A DNA stretch of 64,000 bases from Bacteroidia bacterium. GTDB taxonomy: Bacteria > Bacteroidota > Bacteroidia > JANWJV01. The stretch is taken from the NCBI GenBank assembly GCA_025451785.1, contig JANWJV010000001.1, positions 1,136-65,135 on the forward strand. Direction: 5' to 3'. Shown here one piece after another: positions 38,256 through 47,797 of the stretch; the first letter of the stretch is position 1; each line of letters begins with the position of its first letter. Made by a program: the position numbers and the translations under genes. Under the pieces are notes generated by a model. The model made no database searches, was not told the DNA's origin, and was given only the letters and a program-made list of their open reading frames with translations.

Positions 38256-40148
38256 CTAGCGGCGTTTCTTATTGAATCCCCTTTCTTTTTTGAACCTATC
38301 CTTGCGGCCACCGCTATCATCCTGCTGCCCGAACGATTTGTATTTGTTCCTGTCGCCGTTACCGCCGCCGCCACCACCTTCTTCCTGCTTCCCGTACGAC
38401 TTGTATTTATTCCTGCCGCCGTTACCACCGCCTTCTTCCTTATTTCCGTAGGATTTAAACTTCTTCTTGCCGGCATAACCGCCTCCGCCTCCACCGCCGT
38501 ACTTGAACTTTTTGCCAAATCTTCCTTCACCCCCCCTAAAGCCACCACCGCCCGATGAGAGCTCGATCTTTACAGGACGATCATTGTAAAGCTCGTTCTG
38601 AAAAGCGGCCTGTACCTTCTCCACTTCTTTTTGGTCTACACTAAAAAACGAGAAACTGTTCTTTACGTCTACCATGGTAGCACCGGGTTGTCCCAGGCCT
38701 GCCTTTTCGTTGATATAGGTTCGTAGTTCCTCTTCGAACAAGCCATCCAGCCGGCCCAGGCTGATGAACAGGCGCTGAATGTTGCCCCTGTTGGCACCGC
38801 CATGCTCCTGGTGTCCGCCGCCTTCGGCGTTCAGATCGGGAGCGTTCTTATAGTAAGAGAGAAAACGGTTGAATTCTTCAGAGATAAAACGCTTGATCAG
38901 TTCTTCTTTGCTTAGGTCCTTGAGCTCCTCATAGATCTTCGGCAGGTATTTGCTGATCTCCTGCTCGTTCACCTCTATATTATGCACTTTGTTTACCAGG
39001 TGGAACAGCTGTTTTTCGCAAACATCAAATCCAACCGGTATCGTAGCCTTGCTGAACTTCTTGCCAATGATACGCTCGATCATCCTGATCTTGCCGATCT
39101 CCTTCGTGTTGATGATGGCGATGGATACTCCTGATTTTCCCGCCCTGGCGGTACGTCCGCTACGGTGAGTATAGTTCTCCGCCTCGTCAGGCAAATTATA
39201 ATTGATCACGTGCGTTACGTCGTCCACGTCAATGCCGCGGGCAGCCACGTCGGTAGCTACCAGCATTTGCAGCGCGCGGCTGCGGTAACGCTTCATTACA
39301 TGGTCGCGCTGTGCCTGCGAAAGGTCACCGTGCAGGGCGTCGGCATTATAGCCGTCGCGGATCAGCCAGTCGGCCACCTCCTGCGTTTCCATTTTGGTAC
39401 GGCAAAACACGATGGCGAATATCTCGGGATTGAAATCGGCAATGCGTTTCAGAGCCTTGTACTTATCCCTGGCATGCACCACATAGTATAAATGCTCAAT
39501 ATTTTCCGCGCCCTGGTTCTTGTTCCCTACCGTTATCTCGAAGGGATTTTCCATGTACTTCTTCGCGATGCGCGATACTTCGTTGGGCATGGTGGCCGAG
39601 AAAAGCCAGGTGCTCTTCTCTCCGGGAGTTTGCGAAAGGATCGTTGTAAGGTCTTCCTGGAAACCCATGTTCAGCATTTCATCTGCCTCATCGAGTACCA
39701 CGTAACTTACTTTACCCAACTGTACGCGTTTGCGGTCGATCATATCCACCATACGGCCTGGTGTAGCCACAATGATCTGTGCTCCTTTACGTATCTCACG
39801 TGTTTGGGTCTCGATGCTGGCGCCGCCGTATATAGCAACGATATTGGCACCCTGCAGAAACTTGGTATAGCTCTTCAGGTCGCGGGTTATCTGCATGCAG
39901 AGCTCCCTTGTAGGACAAAGGATCAGGGCCTGCGTTTCTTTGGAGTTGAAGTTCACCAGCTGCGCTAAGGGTAATCCGAAGGCGGCTGTTTTTCCTGTGC
40001 CTGTTTGGGCCAGTGCTACCAGGTCGCGGTGACCGTTGAGGAGCTCAGGCAATACTTTTTCCTGGATAGGCGTAGGCGTTTCAAAACCAAGCTCGCTAAT
40101 AGCTTTTAATACAAGGGAGTTAACTCCCAGCGATTCAAATTTGTTCAT
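38256..40148 (-). CDS. deaD: DEAD-box ATP-dependent RNA helicase (DeaD/CsdA-like) with DbpA-type RNA-binding domain and Gly/Arg-rich C-terminal tail
   Basis: Q-motif (GFETPTPIQ), motif I AQTGTGKT, DEAD box VLDEADEM, SAT, HRSGRTAR. The C-terminal tail is GGGG/RGG-rich. Confidence 0.9.
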   Translation of the reverse strand: MNKFESLGVNSLVLKAISELGFETPTPIQEKVLPELLNGHRDLVALAQTGTGKTAAFGLPLAQLVNFNSKETQALILCPTRELCMQITRDLKSYTKFLQGANIVAIYGGASIETQTREIRKGAQIIVATPGRMVDMIDRKRVQLGKVSYVVLDEADEMLNMGFQEDLTTILSQTPGEKSTWLFSATMPNEVSRIAKKYMENPFEITVGNKNQGAENIEHLYYVVHARDKYKALKRIADFNPEIFAIVFCRTKMETQEVADWLIRDGYNADALHGDLSQAQRDHVMKRYRSRALQMLVATDVAARGIDVDDVTHVINYNLPDEAENYTHRSGRTARAGKSGVSIAIINTKEIGKIRMIERIIGKKFSKATIPVGFDVCEKQLFHLVNKVHNIEVNEQEISKYLPKIYEELKDLSKEELIKRFISEEFNRFLSYYKNAPDLNAEGGGHQEHGGANRGNIQRLFISLGRLDGLFEEELRTYINEKAGLGQPGATMVDVKNSFSFFSVDQKEVEKVQAAFQNELYNDRPVKIELSSGGGGFRGGEGRFGKKFKYGGGGGGGYAGKKKFKSYGNKEEGGGNGGRNKYKSYGKQEEGGGGGGNGDRNKYKSFGQQDDSGGRKDRFKKERGFNKKRR

Positions 40149-40387
40149 ATTTCCTGTTCTGACACGGAAAAACCTCGTTCAGTCAGACAGGACCAGGGGA
40201 AGGAATTTCCGTTTGCTCTTTTAAGGGGACGACTTTCCCATGAGCGATCAGGCCGCAAAGATAAGCGAATTATCGGAATCGGGCGTTTTTAATATGTGAT
40301 GTCGAAGTACATACCGCAAAAATGCGTCGCATTGGCGCTTCGGGCAAACAATAATAAGTTGAAGGTTAGGTGTCTGAATTCAGCCCC

Positions 40388-42181
40388 CTACATCTTCCTT
40401 ACCCGGTAGTAATTGAGGCCGTTGTTCTTGTAAAGGGGCGCGGGATAAGGCTGTACCGGCTCGAACTTGTAGTCCTGCCCGTACAGGAAGTGATAATAGG
40501 CCCCAAGGAAGTTGTTGTAATTGTCGTCGGAGATGAACACCACGTTGTCCATTTCGCTGATCTTCTTAAAGAGCTTGCTATGGTCGTTGGTGCCGAACTT
40601 GGCGATAAGCTGGTCCTGTGTTTCGGGCGCCAGCGAAAGTTCAATGGAAAGGTAAACATAGCTGTTGCCGTTCAGCATGTTCATCTCCTTAATGGGGTCG
40701 GTGGCGAAATGTACCTCCCAGGCAGAAATGTTGGTGGGAATGAAAATGGTGTTCTTGAAAGAGTTCATATTCTCCACCATAGCGTTATTGATCCTGCCGA
40801 ACATAGAATAGTTCTTCAGGTTCTTATGCGTTCCGCTGAAATAACCGGGTATAAAGATGATGGCCGCCGCCAGGCCCGCTATGGCGGTGATCATCTTAAA
40901 GCGATCGAGAACAGTATATAGGCCGGAGCCCATGAAGAGAATGAAGTTGCAGAGCACGAATAACAATAGCATAGGATTATAGATCCTGGCAGGAAGTTTC
41001 ATGAACACAATGAGCGTGAGCAATAGCCCCGCAAAAAATACCTGGAAGAACAGGAAACGGAACAAGAGCGGTCCGCCCTGCTTTTTGTCTTTCCAGTAAT
41101 AGAGCAAGGTGCAGAAAAGGAAAAACACAGTGAACATGAGCGCCGGCGATGAATCACCCAGTATGCTTATCTTGAAATCCTTCAGCGACTCATCCAGCTT
41201 TTTGTAATTGATGCCCTGCTCCAGCAAGGGGCCTCCAGTTACCTTCTTCAGGAAGTTTACAGTTACAGTACTATTATCGGTGAGATAATAGGCCCGAACC
41301 GCGGCGTCGAAGGTGAGCGAATCACGAATGTTCTCGGGTGTAAAGGGGCGTATGTTCTGGTAGTTGTCGTATTCCTTCAGCAGTCGTGCCTTTTCCACAA
41401 AATCCTCGTTGCCTTTACGGATGCTGAAGCTGTCAGAGACCTTTACCAGCATTATCACCGCAAGGAAAGGCAATAGCGGGTACAACAGTTTCACCGACCA
41501 TATTTTCATTCCTTTAAATGAATTGAGCACAAGGAACACGGCGCAAAAGGCGAAGGCCAGGTACCCCGCATCGATGCGGGTAAGATGCCCCAGTATAAAT
41601 GCGATGATGAGAAAACCAGCCATGAGCTTTCTTTTCTTCAGGGTTTCCTTATCGGGTATAAGCAAGGCAAAGAGCAATACGCTTGTTCCCGTAGCTAATA
41701 TCGCCGGGCGTGTGAAGTTCATGTAGTATTCGCTTTGCAGGAAAAGCAGGAGATACGCGGCGGCGATCATCAAAGCTATGATCCAGTTGCTTAACCTGCC
41801 ACCCAGGAAATAGAACAGCAATAACCCTGTGTTTGCCACCGCAAACCACAGCAGCAGGAACATGGACCAGCCATACCAGGCCACAGTGGGAAAATGCTGG
41901 TACAGCCATATATACCAGTCAACGGTAAAGCGGTATACCGAAATAAAGTTGTCGTAAGGCTTTGGTGTGGCCACCCCTTTCATGGCCAGTACATAACGGG
42001 GGTCGTCGTTGGTCTCGAAGAAAGAACCGAACAATGTATAAGAAATGTAAAGCAGCAATACCGGGAGCAGGAAAACAATGAGGTACTGCTCCAGTGTATA
42101 GTTCTCGAATTTCCTTGCGGGAATGCGCGGTGCCTGCTGCTGTTTTACCGGATTGGCCTTTGGCTTATGCTTGCTGCCCAT
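40388..42181 (-). CDS. Polytopic membrane protein, probable GT-C-fold glycosyltransferase (paralog of the 43111..44859 product)
   Basis: 597 aa with at least 12 predicted TM segments. Periplasmic loop-1 motif FFETNDDPRY parallels FERDEGSY of the upstream paralog. Shared C-terminal motif EPVQPYPAP vs VPVQPIPAP. Confidence 0.6.
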   Translation of the reverse strand: MGSKHKPKANPVKQQQAPRIPARKFENYTLEQYLIVFLLPVLLLYISYTLFGSFFETNDDPRYVLAMKGVATPKPYDNFISVYRFTVDWYIWLYQHFPTVAWYGWSMFLLLWFAVANTGLLLFYFLGGRLSNWIIALMIAAAYLLLFLQSEYYMNFTRPAILATGTSVLLFALLIPDKETLKKRKLMAGFLIIAFILGHLTRIDAGYLAFAFCAVFLVLNSFKGMKIWSVKLLYPLLPFLAVIMLVKVSDSFSIRKGNEDFVEKARLLKEYDNYQNIRPFTPENIRDSLTFDAAVRAYYLTDNSTVTVNFLKKVTGGPLLEQGINYKKLDESLKDFKISILGDSSPALMFTVFFLFCTLLYYWKDKKQGGPLLFRFLFFQVFFAGLLLTLIVFMKLPARIYNPMLLLFVLCNFILFMGSGLYTVLDRFKMITAIAGLAAAIIFIPGYFSGTHKNLKNYSMFGRINNAMVENMNSFKNTIFIPTNISAWEVHFATDPIKEMNMLNGNSYVYLSIELSLAPETQDQLIAKFGTNDHSKLFKKISEMDNVVFISDDNYNNFLGAYYHFLYGQDYKFEPVQPYPAPLYKNNGLNYYRVRKM

Positions 42182-42190
42182 CCCTGCAGG

Positions 42191-43114
42191 TTAGAATTTG
42201 TCGCGGATGATATAATTGGGGCGGTTCTTCACCTCGTCGTAAATACGCCAGATGTATTCGCCGATGATCCCCAGCATCAGCATCAGTAAACCTCCTATTA
42301 TGAGCAGCACCATCATAATGGGCGCCCAGCCGGTGAAAGGGGTGTGATGTACGAAATAAGCATAAAGGATAGTGAGCGAATACAGGAAGCCGCCGAAAGC
42401 GGTAAAGATGCCCAGGAATGAAATGAGGCGTATGGGAAAATAACTTACGTTGAGGAAAGCCACCATGAAATTGCCAAAGCGCTTCGCCAGGCTGTAGCCC
42501 GATTTACCATGCTCGCGCTTTTGGCGCTTGTAAGGAATATAGCTGATGCTGAAGCCCACCCAAAGTATATCGCCCTGGAAGAAACGGTTGCGCTCACTGA
42601 TGGAGTTAACGGCGTTCATGGCCTTGCGGTCGAGCAAGGTAAAGTCGAAACCACCGGGAGGAATGTTGGGAAGTGATATCCTTAAAAGCTTGTAGGCTAC
42701 TTTCGAAGTGAGTGCCCAGGAGAATCCATCGTCGCGCGCTTCGCGGTAGCAGATCACTATCTCGTTGCCCTTTTGCCATTGTTCCAGCATCTTCATTAGC
42801 TGCTCGGGAGGGTCCTGGAGGTCGGCCGACATGTTGATGACCGCATCGCCGGTAGCGGCTTCCCAGCCGGCAAGGATGCCTGCCATTTGTCCGAAGTTCC
42901 TGGAGAAATCGATCAGCACTACTCCATTGGGGTCAGCGGCCTTCAGCTCCTTTAATAGTTCAAGCGAATGATCCTTTGAGCCATCGTTAATAAAAATGAA
43001 CTCCCAGGTAAACGATGAATTGAACGAAGTGATAGTGCTGCGCAGGCGCTCGTAAAGCGCGCGAAGTGAACCTTCGTTATTATAGACCGGTATTACTACG
43101 GAGATCTTTTTCAC
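42191..43114 (-). CDS. GT2 polyprenyl-phosphate glycosyltransferase (GtrB/CsbB/ArnC/DPM1-like) with two C-terminal TM helices
   Basis: 307 aa. VVIPVYNNEG…INDGSKD…, a DxD-like DLQDPPE motif, and a C-terminal double TM segment (…LGIFTAFGGFLYSL… / …IMMVLLIIGGLLMLMLGII…), typical of bactoprenol-phosphate sugar synthases. Confidence 0.85.
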   Translation of the reverse strand: MKKISVVIPVYNNEGSLRALYERLRSTITSFNSSFTWEFIFINDGSKDHSLELLKELKAADPNGVVLIDFSRNFGQMAGILAGWEAATGDAVINMSADLQDPPEQLMKMLEQWQKGNEIVICYREARDDGFSWALTSKVAYKLLRISLPNIPPGGFDFTLLDRKAMNAVNSISERNRFFQGDILWVGFSISYIPYKRQKREHGKSGYSLAKRFGNFMVAFLNVSYFPIRLISFLGIFTAFGGFLYSLTILYAYFVHHTPFTGWAPIMMVLLIIGGLLMLMLGIIGEYIWRIYDEVKNRPNYIIRDKF

Positions 43115-44859
43115 TGTGCGGGCGCAGGTGCTGGAATTGGTTGTACAGGCACCTTTCTTTTTTCAAAGATATACACTTTAAAATCAGACTTGGGCGGATC
43201 GTTCACCATATCAATGTTTGGTGTCCAGGCCCAGCGGGTAATATTGCTGTACATATCAGCATATCCGTAAAGGTCGTAATGCTGGTTGGCGAAGGTGTTG
43301 AACCAGGGTTCGATGAGGTTCTCCGCTTTTGGGTGCTGCATCCAGGAATAACGGTTGCCGTAAAATATCAGGAAGCGCGGCATCGCATTCTCCACGTCGC
43401 GTATGAACTCGCGCTGCCAGTCCTTGTACTGCGCCACAGGGAATTCCACCAGGGCGCCCGAACCGGCGAACCGCGAAACAGAAAGCTTGTTGGTGTAAAC
43501 GTACACCTCCACCTCTGTGCCCAGGATCACGATCTTATCTTCCGGCTTGAGCACCGTGTTCAGCTTATCAGCGATCACTTTCGATTCGGGAAAAGGATTG
43601 ATGCCGTAAACCGCCCTCAATACTTTGAAGAAGTTGGGATTGAAATAGTATTCTGACATCTTACTGATGTTATTACCCGCCGCAAATACAAACACCAGTG
43701 TTGCGATGATGCCTGCCGACCTCCAGAGCTTCGCTTTCTCTTTGAGAACGCGCATGATGCCATAGATGCAAACACCCACCGAGAGTGCTACCGCAGGAGT
43801 GAACTGCAGGAAATAGTGACCATAATAGTGGTTGCCGGGCATTACGGTGATAAAGCAGAAAATATACAAGCCGATCATGAACAGCTTTTTGAATGTGTCC
43901 ATTTTCAGATAGATGGTAAGGCCGATACCAAGCAGCGAGAGGTACCACAGAAGCGAATAACCCTGTCCGATGAGCACCAGCTCGCTGCCAAGCAGGTCGA
44001 GTCCATCGGAAAAGGAGATCACCGAAGTATAGGTCTTCGATACATCAAAGAACCAAATATGAAAATCGGCCCAGGCGCCTTGCTTCCATATTACGAACAG
44101 CGAGAAGAGAACAGGCACCAAAAAGCTGCCGAAAAAGATCAGGCCTTTCAATATCATCTCTTTCCATTTCACCGGGCGCACCTTGAAATAATGATACAAG
44201 AACAGTATGCCGCAAAAGCCCGCATAAAAAACACTGGTTTGTTTCACCTGGAAAGCAATGGACAAGAGCACGCCGCTTAGTACAAGCCAATACCATTTCT
44301 CGTTCCTGAACCATAGTACAAGGCACAGGATGCCGGTAAAGCCGAATAGCGCCACCAGGTGTTCGCTCTGGGTGGTAAAGCCGTACACATCGGGTATCAT
44401 GGATATCAGCACAAAGCTGGCCGCGGTGATAAGCGCCGTGAAATTGTCGAATACCAGCTTGGCCAGGTACCAGAGCACAATGATCGTGAGAACGTTTACG
44501 AACATAAAGCCGATGTGCATCGATTCGAGCGAGTAGCCGAACAGCCAAACCATGAATGCGTAAACATAGAACACACCTGGCAGACGCTGTGAGCCGATGT
44601 CTTTAAAAGGAATGGCCCCGTCGAGAATGATCTTGCCGCAATAAGTGTACGAACCTTCGTCCCGTTCAAATGGGATGTCGATAAAGTTACTGCGGATATA
44701 GATGGAGAACAGGATGCAAACTGCCAGGCCGATCAGGTAAACGTAGGCCGGGATCGAGAACCATGCGGCGGTACCCGTACCCGGTTGTTTTTGCTGGGAC
44801 CCGCCCTGCTTTTTGGTTTTTTGCTTGTTATTGCTCAAGGAGCGATAGAATTTTCTCAA
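43111..44859 (-). CDS. GT-C-fold membrane glycosyltransferase (ArnT/PMT/YfhO-like), 582 aa
   Basis: Polytopic N-terminal region with a loop-1 acidic motif (IPFERDEGSYTYCG) typical of GT-C enzymes, followed by a roughly 200-aa C-terminal periplasmic domain. Its stop overlaps the GT2 start by 4 nt. Confidence 0.65.
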   Translation of the reverse strand: MRKFYRSLSNNKQKTKKQGGSQQKQPGTGTAAWFSIPAYVYLIGLAVCILFSIYIRSNFIDIPFERDEGSYTYCGKIILDGAIPFKDIGSQRLPGVFYVYAFMVWLFGYSLESMHIGFMFVNVLTIIVLWYLAKLVFDNFTALITAASFVLISMIPDVYGFTTQSEHLVALFGFTGILCLVLWFRNEKWYWLVLSGVLLSIAFQVKQTSVFYAGFCGILFLYHYFKVRPVKWKEMILKGLIFFGSFLVPVLFSLFVIWKQGAWADFHIWFFDVSKTYTSVISFSDGLDLLGSELVLIGQGYSLLWYLSLLGIGLTIYLKMDTFKKLFMIGLYIFCFITVMPGNHYYGHYFLQFTPAVALSVGVCIYGIMRVLKEKAKLWRSAGIIATLVFVFAAGNNISKMSEYYFNPNFFKVLRAVYGINPFPESKVIADKLNTVLKPEDKIVILGTEVEVYVYTNKLSVSRFAGSGALVEFPVAQYKDWQREFIRDVENAMPRFLIFYGNRYSWMQHPKAENLIEPWFNTFANQHYDLYGYADMYSNITRWAWTPNIDMVNDPPKSDFKVYIFEKRKVPVQPIPAPAPAQ

Positions 44860-44954
44860 AAATAGAAATTTATTCGTGAGCTGTATATAATACTGTGAAG
44901 CGGCCTTCGTTCTATTATTTTGGTAATTTAGCCAACCTTAAATACCCAAGTAGT

Positions 44955-45668
44955 ATGACGAGTAACGACGAAGAAAAGATCCGCAAGGCCTTTGCCTCTA
45001 AAGACTGGAACGATATAAAAGCTTCCGACTCCTGGATGATCTTCAAGATCATGGGTGAGTTTGTGGAAGGCTTTGAGAAAATGTCGCGCATCGGTCCCTG
45101 TGTATCGGTGTTCGGATCGGCACGTACAAAGCCTGAAAACAAATACTATAAGCTGGCTGAAGAGATCTCTTTTAAGCTGGTGCGTGAAGGGTATGGTGTT
45201 ATCACCGGCGGCGGTCCAGGTATTATGGAAGCCGGTAACAAAGGCGCCAAGGCTGGCGGGGGAAAATCGGTGGGCCTTAACATTGTACTTCCCTTCGAAC
45301 AGAGCCACAATACATTTATCGATAATGATAAGCTCATCTCTTTCGATTACTTCTTTGTTCGCAAGACCATCTTCCTGAAATACTCGCAAGGCTTTATAGC
45401 GCTTCCCGGCGGTTTCGGAACGCTCGACGAGCTGTTTGAAGCTATTACGCTGGTGCAGACCAATAAGATCGCGCATTTTCCTATTGTGCTCGTAGGCCGC
45501 GAGTATTGGGAAGGCATGATGGCCTGGATCAAGAGCACTATGCTGGCCGAGGAGAAGAACATCAGTCCTGAGGACCTCGATCTTTTCCATGTAGTTGACA
45601 CCGCCGACGAGGCGGTGAGGGTCATCACCGATTTCTACGCTAAGTACCTCCTCAAGCCCAATTTCTGA
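44955..45668 (+). CDS. LOG-family protein (TIGR00730; cytokinin riboside 5'-monophosphate phosphoribohydrolase-like / Rossmann-fold nucleotide-binding)
   Basis: Motifs VFGSAR, GGGPGIMEA and PGGFGTLDELFE. The start is taken at MTSNDEEKI; the ORF-track start is 44895. Confidence 0.8.
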   Translation: MTSNDEEKIRKAFASKDWNDIKASDSWMIFKIMGEFVEGFEKMSRIGPCVSVFGSARTKPENKYYKLAEEISFKLVREGYGVITGGGPGIMEAGNKGAKAGGGKSVGLNIVLPFEQSHNTFIDNDKLISFDYFFVRKTIFLKYSQGFIALPGGFGTLDELFEAITLVQTNKIAHFPIVLVGREYWEGMMAWIKSTMLAEEKNISPEDLDLFHVVDTADEAVRVITDFYAKYLLKPNF

Positions 45669-45674
45669 TCCCGC

Positions 45675-47657
45675 ATGTGCGGCATTGCCGGCATAATCAA
45701 TTTCAAGGGCAATGACCCCGGCCTTGCGCGGCATATCCGGCAGATGAGCGCCGCCATACGGCACCGCGGCCCTGACGGCGAAGGATTTGCTTTTTTTGGG
45801 GAGGAATATCTTACCGCGGGCAGCGACGAAACTCCTGCGGATGTTTTCGGCGCAAAGCTCCCCTACTCTCCTACAAAACGTATTGACCAGGTTAATGGAA
45901 ATTATTCCATTGCCTTTGGCCATCGCCGTCTTTCCATTATCGACCTGAGCCCAGCGGGACACCAGCCTATGTGTTCAAAGGGTAAAGATCTTTGGATCAC
46001 CTATAACGGTGAGATATATAACTACATTGAGATAAGGCAGGAACTTGAAAGCAAGGGACACAAGTTTAGTACGCAAACAGATACGGAGGTCATTCTCAAC
46101 GCCTACGTTGAATGGGGCGAGAAATGCGTGGACCGTTTCAATGGCATGTGGGCCTTCGTGATCTACGACCGTACCAAGAACGAGCTCTTCGCCAGCCGCG
46201 ACCGTTTTGGGGTGAAGCCTTTCTATTATTACCATGATAAAAATGTTCTCGCTTTTGCTTCAGAGCAAAAAGCGCTCATGCAACTTCCTTTTGTGCCAAA
46301 AGGGATCAACGATACCGCGGTGTTCGATTTCTTCGCCAAGGGTGAGATAGAATACGAAGAGGAAGGCATGTTCAAGGGGATCATCGAGCTTTTTCCTTCC
46401 CATTCCATGCGGGTGTCGATCGCTACAGGCAAGCTTAAGAAATGGAAATACTATTCGCTGGAGGTGAATCGCAGCAGGCAATTGTTCAGTGAGGAAAAGT
46501 TCAGGCCGGCGGCAGCGCATACCGAGGAACTATTGAGCCGCGCTATCGCGCTCAGGATGCGCTCCGATGTTCCGGTGGGTTCCTGCCTTAGCGGCGGCAT
46601 CGACAGTTCGGCCATTGTAGGTATTATGCAGCACCTGCGCGAGAAGGAAAAGATGCCCAATAAGCTGAAGGTATTTACCGCTTCGTTCAACGAAAAGGAG
46701 ATCGACGAGAGCCATTGGGCCAAAACAGTGGTGGAGCGTACCGGCGCTGAGTGGCACCAGGTATATCCTTCTTCCGAGGATCTTTTGCGTGATCTCGAAG
46801 ATCTTATCCATTGCCAGGATGTGCCGATATGGTCAACGAGCACCTACGCGCAATACCGCGTAATGCAAACGGCGAAAGAGAAAGGCATTAAGGTGGTGCT
46901 CGACGGGCAGGGCGGCGATGAGCTGTTTGCCGGCTACGATACTTATTTCATGGCCCGCTGGATGGAGCTATTGCGCAAAGGCCGCGCGGGCACGATGCGT
47001 TCGGAAATGAAGCTGGCGGGAAGAACACCTACCTTCCTGTTCAAGCAATACCTGCGTTATTCGGGACTGAAGAAATTACCCAGGGGTTTGCGCTCCAGTC
47101 TTTCGGGATGGTATTACGACGATATCCAATACCTGAGCCCTGGTTTTTGGAGCAAGCATAAACAACGTTTCGGCACCGGGCATGAGCCGGACACCAGTTC
47201 GCTCAATGCCATGCTTTGGGATGAGTTTTACAATACACGTCTTAAAGGATACCTCAAATGCGAAGACCGCTGTTCGATGCGGCATTCGGTGGAATCGCGC
47301 ACACCTTTTGCCGACGATGTTGACCTGGTGGAGTATGTGTTCAGCCTTCCCGGCGCTTTCAAGATGCACAAAGGCCTCAGCAAGTATTTGTTCAGGGAAG
47401 CGGCCAAGAGATACCTTCCTCCGGCCATTGCGGCACGTACCGATAAAATGGGTTATACAACACCCAATAACCGCTGGATCGCCGCTTTAAAAGAGGAACT
47501 CCGTCCGTTGTTCAATGAAAGTTTGAGTGACTTCATCGATACAAAGAAGCTGCTGAAGGACTACGACCGCTTTTTTTCACCCGGCGAAGCGGTGGAAAAT
47601 GGCAGGATATTCAAGTTTATCAGCTTTGCGGTGTGGAAGAAACGCTTCCAGTTGTAA
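45675..47657 (+). CDS. asnB: Asparagine synthase (glutamine-hydrolysing)
   Basis: N-terminal MCGIAGI (Cys2 nucleophile), the PP-loop SGGIDSS, and a length of 660 aa. Confidence 0.9.
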   Translation: MCGIAGIINFKGNDPGLARHIRQMSAAIRHRGPDGEGFAFFGEEYLTAGSDETPADVFGAKLPYSPTKRIDQVNGNYSIAFGHRRLSIIDLSPAGHQPMCSKGKDLWITYNGEIYNYIEIRQELESKGHKFSTQTDTEVILNAYVEWGEKCVDRFNGMWAFVIYDRTKNELFASRDRFGVKPFYYYHDKNVLAFASEQKALMQLPFVPKGINDTAVFDFFAKGEIEYEEEGMFKGIIELFPSHSMRVSIATGKLKKWKYYSLEVNRSRQLFSEEKFRPAAAHTEELLSRAIALRMRSDVPVGSCLSGGIDSSAIVGIMQHLREKEKMPNKLKVFTASFNEKEIDESHWAKTVVERTGAEWHQVYPSSEDLLRDLEDLIHCQDVPIWSTSTYAQYRVMQTAKEKGIKVVLDGQGGDELFAGYDTYFMARWMELLRKGRAGTMRSEMKLAGRTPTFLFKQYLRYSGLKKLPRGLRSSLSGWYYDDIQYLSPGFWSKHKQRFGTGHEPDTSSLNAMLWDEFYNTRLKGYLKCEDRCSMRHSVESRTPFADDVDLVEYVFSLPGAFKMHKGLSKYLFREAAKRYLPPAIAARTDKMGYTTPNNRWIAALKEELRPLFNESLSDFIDTKKLLKDYDRFFSPGEAVENGRIFKFISFAVWKKRFQL

Positions 47658-47717
47658 AACCTCTCCTTTCCGCATTTCATCCCTTTATCAGGCTATTTTA
47701 TCCGTTCAAAAAAATTA

Positions 47718-47748
47718 TTGGTCGGAATATTTAGTTTTTCTATATTTG
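47718..47748 (+). promoter_or_regulatory. Canonical Bacteroidetes sigma-A promoter (-33 TTG at 47718-47720; -7 TATATTTG at 47741-47748) for the BNR/T9SS gene
   Basis: Exact TAnnTTTG with a TTG 20 nt upstream, about 50 nt before the ATG. Confidence 0.45.
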
Positions 47749-47797
47749 CGTACTTATCTCTAAAAACCTATCTAAGTCTAATTAACACCACAAACAA

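Noticed and set aside
43066-44592. Plus-strand ORFs 43066..43656, 43816..44280 and 44258..44592 inside the GT-C gene
   Set aside because: They are antisense to a long membrane-protein frame with consistent hydropathy. They are spurious.
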